In this document: piece after piece, positions 20,967 through 30,287 of the stretch
How the letters are laid out: each line of letters opens with the position of its first letter
How positions within the stretch are numbered: position 1 is the stretch's first letter
Source: Pseudomonadota bacterium
GTDB lineage: Bacteria; Pseudomonadota; Alphaproteobacteria; Rhizobiales; Devosiaceae
NCBI GenBank assembly: GCA_023387585.1
Contig: JAEWHZ010000091.1
Location: 10,627-74,626 of the forward strand
Length of the DNA stretch: 64,000 nucleotides
Reading direction: 5' to 3'
Notes under the pieces: model-generated
Seen by the model: the letters and a program-made list of their open reading frames with translations, nothing else
Told to the model about the DNA's origin: nothing
Database searches by the model: none
Translations under genes and position numbers: made by a program

Positions 20967-22625
20967 CTAAAGCGGGCGGCATCGGGTAGGTGGCAGAGTG
21001 GTCGATTGCTCCGGTCTTGAAAACCGGCGAAGGTGCAAGCCTTCCGGGGGTTCGAATCCCTCCCTATCCGCCATTTTTTCAAATCGCATGTCAGAATCTC
21101 CTAACAGTTTGAACGGTAAGGTGGTTTTGGGGGTTTGAAACCCTGTTTCCGGGCACCATGCCAAGTGCTGCGAGAAAGTCAGTTTTAGGACCAGTTTCTG
21201 AAGCTCGAATCTACCCGAACGCCAGAGTTTTGAAGGGTTTGCGAGAAACCCGAAAGCGAGTTCGAACATTTCATCAAAGCTGCGCTGCGGGCCTCCAATT
21301 TTTTCCCGCCTTTCGGCAAGAGTGAGTTTATCCCGCTCCAGCTGCGCGATGCGCTTCTCATAAGCGCCAACCACCGAGTCGGACGACGCATCGACGATGC
21401 GATCAAGCATCACCCCGATTTGCTTATCCAGCGTTGCCATCTCTTTCTCGCAGGAGAGCTTCATCGCGCGTGCCTGATCGAGCCTCAGGCTCCACGCGCG
21501 TTTGAACATGGCGTGCGCGAGATCGAACAGGTTCTGCTTCGGCGTCATGCCATCGAGCAATTCGGCGAACGCGCCTTCGATGACATCGCGGCGAATAGCC
21601 TTGCCCTTGCGTTCGCAGCCCCTGCCGAAACACATGTAATAAGGATGCCGAGCGCCGGTCTTGCTCTTCGACCAGCAGGCCGTGAGCGGCTTGCCACAAC
21701 ACGCGCAGGACACTGCGCCACGCAGCGGGAAGTCCGCGCTCACGTCAGGGCGTGTCGGCGCATAAGAGCCCGCCTTGAGGCGTTTCTGAATTCGCTCGAA
21801 CGTCGCAAGGTCAATCAAGCCCTCGTGCTGCCCCTTACGAAGGGAGACTTCCCATTGGGGCCGTTCTACGTAGCCCGCGTAGAGAACACGCGTCAGGATG
21901 TCGTTTGCGAGCTGGTAGCGGACCTTCCCTTTGCCATCTTTCGGGAATGCTGGCTGCGATTCCAGAAACCGCGCGACTTCAGCCTGAGACTGAAACCGTC
22001 CCGATGCGTAGCCCTCCAGCGCTTCCTGAATAATCGATGCGAGCGGTTCGTCGCGAACCAGAACCTTGCCGACGAGGTTGGGCAGTCTCCCGAACCTGTA
22101 ACCGGCGCATGAATGAAACGGCCAATAACCATTCAGAAGTCGCCCACGCATACGGCCCTGCGTCTGCTCAGCATTCTTCTGTCGGGTCCACTGAGCCTGG
22201 ATTGCCGCGAGGTTCTCGCGAAAGACGGAATCGGCGTCGTCCTTGAACTCCATTTTCGGGCTTTCAAGCTTCCCACCCGCTTCGCTTAAGAGGTCACGCA
22301 GATCCCAGTGGCCGCGAACATCACGCGCGAAGCGACTGATGTCATCGATGATGACGACAATCTCTTGACCACGGTGCTTACGCAAAAATTTCAGCAACGC
22401 ATCCATGGCCGGGCGCTCCGTGACCTTGCCTGTCACGTTGTCATGAAACACCTCGATGACCTCGTAGCCCCTGAAGCGTGCATACTCTCGTGAGGTCGCT
22501 TCCTGCGAACTCAACCCGTCACCCTTCTTGAGCTGTGATGCGCTGCTCACCCGGCAATACAGGACGGCCTTTATTCGAGGCGCGCCGCTCGCGGAATCAA
22601 TCGCCATATCTGAGAATGAGTTCAT
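20967..22625 (-). CDS. Large serine recombinase (integrase), 552 aa; C-terminus encoded antisense to tRNA-Ser
   Basis: YCRVSS catalytic motif, DDISRFAR, recombinase domain, Zn ribbon CACCG...YYMCFGRGC; ATG 22625 overlaps the upstream stop (ATGA). Confidence 0.92.
   Translation of the reverse strand: MNSFSDMAIDSASGAPRIKAVLYCRVSSASQLKKGDGLSSQEATSREYARFRGYEVIEVFHDNVTGKVTERPAMDALLKFLRKHRGQEIVVIIDDISRFARDVRGHWDLRDLLSEAGGKLESPKMEFKDDADSVFRENLAAIQAQWTRQKNAEQTQGRMRGRLLNGYWPFHSCAGYRFGRLPNLVGKVLVRDEPLASIIQEALEGYASGRFQSQAEVARFLESQPAFPKDGKGKVRYQLANDILTRVLYAGYVERPQWEVSLRKGQHEGLIDLATFERIQKRLKAGSYAPTRPDVSADFPLRGAVSCACCGKPLTACWSKSKTGARHPYYMCFGRGCERKGKAIRRDVIEGAFAELLDGMTPKQNLFDLAHAMFKRAWSLRLDQARAMKLSCEKEMATLDKQIGVMLDRIVDASSDSVVGAYEKRIAQLERDKLTLAERREKIGGPQRSFDEMFELAFGFLANPSKLWRSGRFELQKLVLKLTFSQHLAWCPETGFQTPKTTLPFKLLGDSDMRFEKMADREGFEPPEGLHLRRFSRPEQSTTLPPTRCRPL
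20984..21073 (+). tRNA. tRNA-Ser(UGA), integration target
   Basis: 90-nt cloverleaf: acceptor GGGTAGG/CCTATCC, anticodon loop CTTGAAA, long variable arm, GTTCGAATC, encoded CCA. Confidence 0.97.
21067..21074 (+). repeat. attL core TCCGCCAT (tRNA 3' end)
   Basis: Identical to 48197-48204; reads ATG GCG GA in the recombinase frame. Confidence 0.8.
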
Positions 22626-23050
22626 GAATCCTTCCTCCCCGCACGACGCCCCTTCGGACGCTGCACGGTCTTGTCGTGGATGTTGTTGTTGAATGCCTCC
22701 CTGCACGTTAGCACCAGCGCGGATTCGTGATCCAGCGCGGGATTGTTTCGACGCGCAGCTTCTTGTGGCTTCGCCTCTGATTGCTGGGTCGGATGGATGC
22801 CAAAGCCCAGATCGACCCATGTGACCATGTAGACCCAGACCGTCGCCAGAAACTCATAGGCTTCAGCGTCGCTCAGATCGTGGTCCTTCACATATTGAAT
22901 GAACTCATCCGCATCGAAGCTGAGCGCTTGCCAGGCCGGGGCGGTCCCATGCGGGATTCGCGCCTCATTATCGTGCGGGGCCGTCGCCTTTTCTGCCCGG
23001 GCTGCGTCTTCAACATCGACATGGCCCGGAAGCAAGGAATTGTCGGTCAT
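22622..23050 (-). CDS. Hypothetical 142-aa protein coupled to the integrase (candidate directionality factor/regulator)
   Basis: AGGAAGGA RBS; ATGA overlap with int. Function is inference only. Confidence 0.65.
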   Translation of the reverse strand: MTDNSLLPGHVDVEDAARAEKATAPHDNEARIPHGTAPAWQALSFDADEFIQYVKDHDLSDAEAYEFLATVWVYMVTWVDLGFGIHPTQQSEAKPQEAARRNNPALDHESALVLTCREAFNNNIHDKTVQRPKGRRAGRKDS

Positions 23051-23100
23051 TGTCCTTCCTTTCCGGTACTTCTGTTACATCTCCTCTCTTTCCGCAGAAA

Positions 23101-23126
23101 GAACAAACCAAGAACATACTAGGAAT
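23101..23126 (-). promoter_or_regulatory. Alphaproteobacterial LexA box(es)
   Basis: GAAC-aaaccaa-GAAC (23101-23115) is an exact GAAC-N7-GAAC; overlapping GAAC-atactag-GAAT (23112-23126); candidate minus-strand promoter TTGCAA-N18-TAGTAT overlaps them. Confidence 0.72.
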
Positions 23127-24051
23127 AAAGTCCGATACCTTGCAAGTTTTTTCTTGGTCCGCGCCTCTTCGGCAAGAGTTACCGGGAAGAGCGCTCCGAC
23201 CCTGTCGGGCCGATCCGCTCATCCGACAGAAAAACGCGGACGGATCATTCCTCGATTAAGCGGAGCCACACGAAACCGTGCCCGGAAGGTGGGGCTACCT
23301 CACTGAACGGGGTGCAAACGCTTGAAAAGCGAGGAAAAATGGGAACGGCTACAGCCTGAAGTTAAGTTCCCAACTTCGGCATCAAACGCACATCGGGAGC
23401 GTTGATTAAGTCAAACACCGCAGAGTTCAGAAGAGCAGAGTCGATCTTGCGCTCTGGAGCGAACGCACGCGGGGGGAGCACTGTGAACTCCTTCCCTGCT
23501 GAAGCAACAGTCACCGAAGATGTAGACAATTCCATGGCGAGCCGAGCCTGTGGCGGCAACTACATTGACTTGCACGGCTGCTGATATGTCCAGGAAATGG
23601 CGCTTCGCGCTCACCGCAAGATGTGTGCGGTCATACCGCACCATCTTGGCAAGGGAGGCCCGCTGCGCGCCTCCCGTTGCATCCCTCCCGACTGGTGACG
23701 CGCTTCAGGTATTGAACCTTGGCGCGTCATTGAACCGTATCGCCGGTTCATTACTCGCCGGGAGATTTCGGCTCTCCCTGCACCCCATCGACATCAAGGG
23801 CGTATCGCCGCCCCTCATGGCTCCCACTCGCCGGACCTGGAGCCTTCCACTCCACCGGCACCGGGCCATGGAGGAACGTCCGCCGTTCCATCGCGCTCGG
23901 GGAACCTCCAAGCTCCCCAAGTCCCCATGGCAAACCATGCGCCGGGCACGAAATGGCTGATCTGCGACGCGTTAAGCCAAGCCGAATTCCCTATACATGC
24001 CCGGCATGACGTGTTAACAAATAGAAGAATTTTTAACACGTATTAGTCGTC

Positions 24052-25146
24052 ATGTTAAGACCTAGCTATGCCATCCCTGAGCTTCCGCCGCAGGTCGACC
24101 TCGAAACGGTCGCCGTGCTGAAGGCGCTTGCGAAAGCCAACCGCGCATTGGCTGAGTTGAAGGGGCGTGCCGCGACGATTCCCAATCAGGGCATCCTCAT
24201 CGACACGCTTGCGCTTCAGGAAGCGAAGGCCAGCTCTGAAATCGAGAACATCGTCACGACGCAAGACGAGCTGTTCCAGACCGAGCTTCAGCTTGAAGGT
24301 CCGGACTCACCTGCCGCAAAAGAGGTCGCGCTGTATCGCGACGCGCTGAAGCTTGGCTTCAGCGAGCTGCGGCAGTCGAACGGGCTCATCACCAATCGCA
24401 CCATCATCGAGATGTTCCGCCTCCTGAAGCGGCGAACCGATGGGTTTCGCGCGACGCCTGGCACGGCCCTCAAGAATGACGCGACCGGTGAGATCGTCTA
24501 CGTGCCGCCACAAGACGCGCGCGCGATCGATGCCGCGATGGGCGGTCTTGAGCGTTTCATCAACGAGGATGAGCGCTCCGACCTCGATCCGCTGATCAAG
24601 ATGGCGCTTATCCATCATCAGTTTGAGAGCATCCATCCATTCCCCGACGGCAATGGCCGAATCGGGCGCATCCTCAATGTCCTTTACCTGACGCGCTCCG
24701 GCCTGCTTGAGATCCCCATCCTCTATTTGTCCCGTCACATCACGCGAACTAAGGCCGACTACTACCGCCTGCTACAGGCGGTGCGTACGGAAGGGGCATG
24801 GGAGCTCTGGGTGCTGTACATGCTGGAGGCCGTCGCCGAGACAGCGATGACCACTTTATCGCTCGTCGAGGGCATACGAGGGCAAATGGCGGGCGTGAAA
24901 AAACGCCTGCGAAACGAGCTGCCCAACCTCTATTCGCAGGACCTGCTCAATAACCTGTTCCGGCATCCCTACACGCGCATTGAGTACGTGGTGCAGGATC
25001 TGCATGTTTCCCGCCAAACAGCAGCAAAGTATCTCGACTTGCTGGCAGAAAAAGGCTTTGTTCAAAAACATAGGGCGGGAAGAAGCAATTATTACGTAAA
25101 TACGGACCTTTTGCGCCTCTTCCTTGAAGTGTCTGGGGGGCGCTGA
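24052..25146 (+). CDS. Fic-family AMPylase with C-terminal wHTH (SoFic-like)
   Basis: HPFPDGNGRIGR; autoinhibitory SSEIEN; wHTH VSRQTAAKYLDLL. Confidence 0.9.
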   Translation: MLRPSYAIPELPPQVDLETVAVLKALAKANRALAELKGRAATIPNQGILIDTLALQEAKASSEIENIVTTQDELFQTELQLEGPDSPAAKEVALYRDALKLGFSELRQSNGLITNRTIIEMFRLLKRRTDGFRATPGTALKNDATGEIVYVPPQDARAIDAAMGGLERFINEDERSDLDPLIKMALIHHQFESIHPFPDGNGRIGRILNVLYLTRSGLLEIPILYLSRHITRTKADYYRLLQAVRTEGAWELWVLYMLEAVAETAMTTLSLVEGIRGQMAGVKKRLRNELPNLYSQDLLNNLFRHPYTRIEYVVQDLHVSRQTAAKYLDLLAEKGFVQKHRAGRSNYYVNTDLLRLFLEVSGGR

Positions 25147-25148
25147 TT

Positions 25149-27518
25149 GTGACTGAAGCCGATACCTGCCGAAAATATGTTGTGCCCAAGCTTCAATCTG
25201 CGGGCTGGGACAACGAACCCCATTCCATCGCCGAACAGCGAACGATCACCGACGGGCGCGTTATCCCGGTCGGAAAGGGCTTCGTGCGCAAACCACCCAA
25301 GCGCGTTGATTACCTTCTGCGCTACACGCGCGACTTCCCACTCGCCGTGGTCGAAGCAAAGCCGAGTTACAAATCCGCGACCGACGCGGTTCAGCAGGCG
25401 CGTGACTACGCGGAAATCCTCGGACTTAAGTTCGCCTACGCCACCAACGGCACCGACATCATCGAGATCGATTACTTTAAAGGGACCGAAACGCGGGTTG
25501 CAGATTTTCCTGCGCCTGACGCGCTGTGGGAGCGTTATCAGAGGGGTAGCGGGATCGACACGCGCGAGCGCGCGGATCATCTCATCGCACCTTACAACAC
25601 TGTTGGTGGGAAGCCGCCCCGCTACTATCAGCAAATCGCCATCAACCGGACGGTCGAAGCAATTCTAGCAGGCAAGAAGCGCCTGCTGCTCACGATGGCG
25701 ACGGGGACCGGCAAGACCATCGTGGCCTTTCAGATTTGTTGGAAGCTCTGGTCATCGCGTTGGAACGCCAAAGGCGAGTATCGCAAGCCGCGCATCCTAT
25801 TTCTTGCGGATCGCAACATTCTCATCGACGACCCCAAGGACAAAACCTTCACGCCCTTCGGCGATGCGCGTCACAAGATCGAGTCCGGCGAAATCGTCCA
25901 AAGCCGCGAGATGTACTTTGCGATCTATCAGGCGCTGGCGGAGGATGAACGCCGCGCCGGGCTCTTCCGTGATTACCCGAGCGACTTTTTTGACCTCATC
26001 ATCGTTGATGAGTGCCACAGAGGAAGCGCGCGGGACGACAGCTCATGGCGCGTCATTCTTGAGCACTTTGGGCCCGCCTATCAGCTCGGCATGACGGCGA
26101 CGCCGCTGCGCGAGGACAACCGCGACACCTATCTGTATTTTGGCAATCCGCTCTACGAGTACAGCCTGCGCCAGGGCATCGACGATGGCTTTCTGGCACC
26201 ATACCGCGTGCACCGGGTCATCACGCAGTGGGATGCCGCAGGGTGGCGCCCAAGCAAGGACGAATTAGACCGCTTCGGTCGCGCCATTCCTGATGATGAA
26301 TATCAGACAAAGGACTTTGAGCGGACGGTCGCCCTGCGTGCCCGAACGAACGCCATCGCCCGCCACCTCACGGACTTCCTCAAGAAGACCGACCGCTTTG
26401 CAAAGACCATCGTGTTCTGCGTCGATCAGGAGCATGCGTCCGAGATGCGCCAAGCACTGGTAAATCTCAACGCGGATCTGGTGGCCCAGCATCCCGATTA
26501 TGTGGCGCGTGTCACCGCTGACGAAGGCGCGATTGGGCGCGGTCACCTCTCAAGGTTCCAGGATCTGGAGAAGAGGACCCCAGTAATCCTCACCTCATCC
26601 CAATTGCTGACGACGGGCGTCGACGCGCCAACCTGCAAGAACGTGGTGCTTGCCCGCGTGGTAGGCTCCATGAGCGAATTCAAGCAAATTATCGGTCGTG
26701 GCACGCGCCTGCGCGACGACTACGGCAAGCTGTGGTTCAACATCCTTGACTACACGGGCTCGGCGACACGCATGTTCGCGGACCCGGATTTCGATGGCGA
26801 TCCTGCCCGGATTACCGAGGAGGAAGTGAACGACGAGGGTGAGATCACGGCGACCACGGAAACCGTTCCAGATGGTCAGGAATTTGAGCCGCCGCCGCCT
26901 GAGTCAGGTGAATCTGGAATAATCGAGCCGCCGAGCGGCGAGCCGCGCAAGTTCTATTTCGATGGCGGTCAGGTTGAGGTCGTAGCTCATCTGGTTCACG
27001 AACTTGACCCGAACGGCAAGCAGCTCCGTGTTGTCAGATACGCCGACTACGCCGCCGAAAGTGTGCGCTCGCTTGCGCCGTCTTCCGCCGAGCTGCGCCA
27101 GCGCTGGACAGATGCCGGTCAACGCAGCGAGATCATCGCCGCCCTGCATGAGCGGGGCATCGACTTCACCGAATTGGCCGAACAGACGGGTCAGCCGGAC
27201 GCCGATCCTTTTGACCTGCTCTGCCATCTCGCCTTCAACGCGCCTTTGAGGACGCGGCGTGAACGCGCTCAGCGCCTAAAATCCGAGCGCAAGGACTACT
27301 TCGATAAGTTCAGCCCCGAAGCCCGTCAGGTTCTTGATGAGCTGCTGGAAAAATACGCCGAGCACGGTGACGCGCAATTCGTTTTGCCTGACGTTCTGAA
27401 GGTCCCGCCCATCTCGACCCACGGCCAACCGGCTGAAATCATCCGACTGTTTGGCGGCCCTGACGCTCTGCGCCAGGCCGTAAATGACCTGCAAGGACTG
27501 CTCTATGGCACGAACTAA
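25149..27518 (+). CDS. hsdR: Type I restriction subunit R (EcoAI/EcoEI-like)
   Basis: VVEAK nuclease motif, MATGTGKT, DECHRG, TATP, QIIGRGTR; EcoEI-type C-terminus. Confidence 0.93.
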   Translation: MTEADTCRKYVVPKLQSAGWDNEPHSIAEQRTITDGRVIPVGKGFVRKPPKRVDYLLRYTRDFPLAVVEAKPSYKSATDAVQQARDYAEILGLKFAYATNGTDIIEIDYFKGTETRVADFPAPDALWERYQRGSGIDTRERADHLIAPYNTVGGKPPRYYQQIAINRTVEAILAGKKRLLLTMATGTGKTIVAFQICWKLWSSRWNAKGEYRKPRILFLADRNILIDDPKDKTFTPFGDARHKIESGEIVQSREMYFAIYQALAEDERRAGLFRDYPSDFFDLIIVDECHRGSARDDSSWRVILEHFGPAYQLGMTATPLREDNRDTYLYFGNPLYEYSLRQGIDDGFLAPYRVHRVITQWDAAGWRPSKDELDRFGRAIPDDEYQTKDFERTVALRARTNAIARHLTDFLKKTDRFAKTIVFCVDQEHASEMRQALVNLNADLVAQHPDYVARVTADEGAIGRGHLSRFQDLEKRTPVILTSSQLLTTGVDAPTCKNVVLARVVGSMSEFKQIIGRGTRLRDDYGKLWFNILDYTGSATRMFADPDFDGDPARITEEEVNDEGEITATTETVPDGQEFEPPPPESGESGIIEPPSGEPRKFYFDGGQVEVVAHLVHELDPNGKQLRVVRYADYAAESVRSLAPSSAELRQRWTDAGQRSEIIAALHERGIDFTELAEQTGQPDADPFDLLCHLAFNAPLRTRRERAQRLKSERKDYFDKFSPEARQVLDELLEKYAEHGDAQFVLPDVLKVPPISTHGQPAEIIRLFGGPDALRQAVNDLQGLLYGTN

Positions 27519-29064
27519 GAAGAAGAACGGCGCCGACGCCGCACCGATGACGACCTCCCAGATGCTAAGTAGTCTTCTGAAGTCCGCGCGCGACATCATG
27601 CGTAAGGACAAGGGCCTGAACGGGGATCTCGACCGTCTTCCGCTCCTCACCTGGATCATGTTTCTGAAGTTTCTCGACGACCTTGAGCAGCAGCGGGAAG
27701 AGGAGACGGCGCTGTCAGGGAAGAAGTTCAAGCCTGCCATTGAAGCTCCGTACCGCTGGCGCGACTGGGCCGCTGACCCACAAAGCATGACGGGGGATGA
27801 ACTGCTGTCTTTCATTAACTCCGACGAAGCTATACGCGCCGACGGCAAGAAAGGTCCCGGCCTGTTCGCCTATCTACGGGCGCTGTCCAGCTCCAACGGC
27901 GATAACCGCCGCGACGTGATCGCGACCGTTTTCAAGGGCGTCGATAACCGCATGAAGAGCGGTTATCTGCTCCGCGACATCATCAACAAGGTCGGAGCCA
28001 TCCACTTCACCTCGTCGGATGAGTTGCATACTCTTGGCGCGCTCTATGAATCCATGCTCCGCGAGATGCGCGATGCGGCAGGCGATTCCGGCGAGTTCTA
28101 CACACCGCGCGCTGTTGTCCGCTTCATGGTGGAGGTCACCGACCCGCGCCTCGGCGAAACCGTGCTCGATCCCGCGAGCGGCACAGGCGGTTTCCTAGTC
28201 GAGGCCTATAGCTACCTAGAAAAGCAAGTGAAGACGGTTGCCGACCGAAAACGACTGCAAGACCAGACGATCACCGGCTGCGAACCGAAATCGCTGCCTT
28301 ACCTGCTTTGCCAGATGAACCTGCTTCTGCATGGGCTTGATGCCCCGCAGATCGATCCCGGAAACGCGCTGCGCTTCAAGCTCTCCGAAATCGGGGAGAA
28401 AGAACGCGTGGACGTGATCCTCACCAACCCGCCCTTCGGCGGTGAAGAGGAAAAGGGCATTCAGGGCAACTTCCCCGAAGACCGCCAGGCGTCCGAAACA
28501 GCCTTGCTGTTCCTTCAGCTCATCATGCGCAAGCTCAAGCGCCAGCCGACGCTTGTCGGGCGTCCGGCCCGTGCCGCCGTCGTTGTGCCCAATGGCACGC
28601 TATTTGGGGACGGTGTCTGCGCGCGCATCAAGGAAGAACTTCTCAAGGAGTTCAACCTGCACACCATCGTGCGCCTGCCGAACGGTGTATTTGCGCCTTA
28701 CACAGGCATTCCCACGAACGTCCTCTTTTTCGACCGCTCCAGACCAACCGAGGATGTCTGGTACTATGAACAGCCGCTGCCCGAGGGTCGCAAAAACTAC
28801 ACCAAGACGCAGCCGATGCAGTTCGACGAGTTCAACGACTGCATGGAGTGGTGGAAGAAACGGGAAGAGAATGACCAGGCCTGGAAAGTTCCGGTCAAGG
28901 ATCTGCTTGATGCGGGTTGCAACCTCGACCGCAAGAATCCGCGTAGCAAGGTGGACTTCGAGCACCTGCCGCCGGACCGATTGGCGGACGACATCTTAGA
29001 GAAGGAGCTGCGGATCGCCGAGTTGATGCGGCAGATTAAGTCCGCGTTAGGAGCGCGCACATGA
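27505..29064 (+). CDS. hsdM: Type I N6-adenine methyltransferase subunit M
   Basis: GEFYTPR, DPASGTGGF, TNPPF. Confidence 0.94.
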   Translation: MARTKKKNGADAAPMTTSQMLSSLLKSARDIMRKDKGLNGDLDRLPLLTWIMFLKFLDDLEQQREEETALSGKKFKPAIEAPYRWRDWAADPQSMTGDELLSFINSDEAIRADGKKGPGLFAYLRALSSSNGDNRRDVIATVFKGVDNRMKSGYLLRDIINKVGAIHFTSSDELHTLGALYESMLREMRDAAGDSGEFYTPRAVVRFMVEVTDPRLGETVLDPASGTGGFLVEAYSYLEKQVKTVADRKRLQDQTITGCEPKSLPYLLCQMNLLLHGLDAPQIDPGNALRFKLSEIGEKERVDVILTNPPFGGEEEKGIQGNFPEDRQASETALLFLQLIMRKLKRQPTLVGRPARAAVVVPNGTLFGDGVCARIKEELLKEFNLHTIVRLPNGVFAPYTGIPTNVLFFDRSRPTEDVWYYEQPLPEGRKNYTKTQPMQFDEFNDCMEWWKKREENDQAWKVPVKDLLDAGCNLDRKNPRSKVDFEHLPPDRLADDILEKELRIAELMRQIKSALGART

Positions 29065-30254
29065 GCGCAGCTTGGGCACAGGTGTCACTCGGCGAGGTCC
29101 TTAAAGAGAGACGCGAAACCCCGGCCGACTTCGATCTGGTCAACGGAACGGTTCGTATCGTCGACAAGGTCAGTTTTAATGACGGTCGCATTCACCTTCG
29201 TTTTGGCCAGGATACGAAAACAGGAATGATACTAGTCCGACCCGGTGATCTGCTTGTCTCTGGTATCAATGCGGCGAAAGGAGCAATTGCGATTCACGGA
29301 AACTTGGACTTGGGCCCGCTTGCAGCCACAATCCACTACGCTGCATACCAAGTTGATCCTGCACGAGCTGAAACGAAATTTTTATGGTGGATGCTTCGAA
29401 GCAAGTTTTTTCGAGAGATCCTGTCAGAATATGTCCCAGGCGGGATTAAGACAGAGCTTAAGGCAAAGAGGCTATTGCCCGTGCCAGTTCCCCTACCGCC
29501 GCTCGACGAGCAGCGCCGCATTGTTGCTCGCATTGAGGAGCTTGCCGCAAAGGTAGAGCAGGCGACCAAACTTCGGTCCGTCGCGGGGCAAGAACTGTCT
29601 GCTTTGGCGCAAGCTCAAGCCAACGCCTACCTGGCAACGGAACCTGCGGATGGACACCTCGCCCAGGTAATGACCGCCGCCCCCCGCAATGGATGGTCAC
29701 CGCATTGCGACAACATTGACGGAGGGACCCCTGTTCTCACGCTGTCGTCAGTGACTGGTTGGCGTTTCCAGTCAACGGCTATCAAGCGCACCAGTCATCC
29801 AACCCGTGCGGATGCTCACTATTGGGCGGAAAAGGGCGACCTACTAATGACTCGGAGCAATACTCCAGAACTCGTTGGTCATGCTGCGATACACAATGGC
29901 TCCCCGTCGCGCTGTATATATCCAGACCTAATGATGAAGTTACCAATCGACCCAAGAAAAGCATCTGTAAGGTTCGTCTGGTACTGGCTTCAAACCTCCT
30001 CTGCCAGAGATTTTGTCCGTCGTTCTGCAAAGGGAACTAGCCCGACAATGAAAAAAATATCTCAAGGTGTTGTCCAAAGTATACCATTCCCAACGCAGAT
30101 CTCTTTGGAAGATCAAATACGCGTCACGTCCGAGCTCGACGCCCTGCAGGATAAGGTCGATGCCGTGAAGGTTCACCAGGACGAGATCGCCGCCGAGCTG
30201 GACGCCATGCTGCCCGCCATCCTGGACAAAGCGTTCAAAGGCGAGCTCATCTAA
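29061..30254 (+). CDS. hsdS: Type I specificity subunit S
   Basis: Two variable TRDs; conserved PLPPLDEQRRIVARIEEL and AILDKAFKGEL; ATGA overlap. Confidence 0.92.
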   Translation: MSAAWAQVSLGEVLKERRETPADFDLVNGTVRIVDKVSFNDGRIHLRFGQDTKTGMILVRPGDLLVSGINAAKGAIAIHGNLDLGPLAATIHYAAYQVDPARAETKFLWWMLRSKFFREILSEYVPGGIKTELKAKRLLPVPVPLPPLDEQRRIVARIEELAAKVEQATKLRSVAGQELSALAQAQANAYLATEPADGHLAQVMTAAPRNGWSPHCDNIDGGTPVLTLSSVTGWRFQSTAIKRTSHPTRADAHYWAEKGDLLMTRSNTPELVGHAAIHNGSPSRCIYPDLMMKLPIDPRKASVRFVWYWLQTSSARDFVRRSAKGTSPTMKKISQGVVQSIPFPTQISLEDQIRVTSELDALQDKVDAVKVHQDEIAAELDAMLPAILDKAFKGELI

Positions 30255-30287
30255 GGCCGGGCTGTAAACCGAGCTGGGGATTTCTGA

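Noticed and set aside
22626..22820. Extended 617-aa N-terminus of the recombinase
   Set aside because: Overlaps orf142; ATG 22625 has an RBS, ATGA coupling and lies near the catalytic motif.
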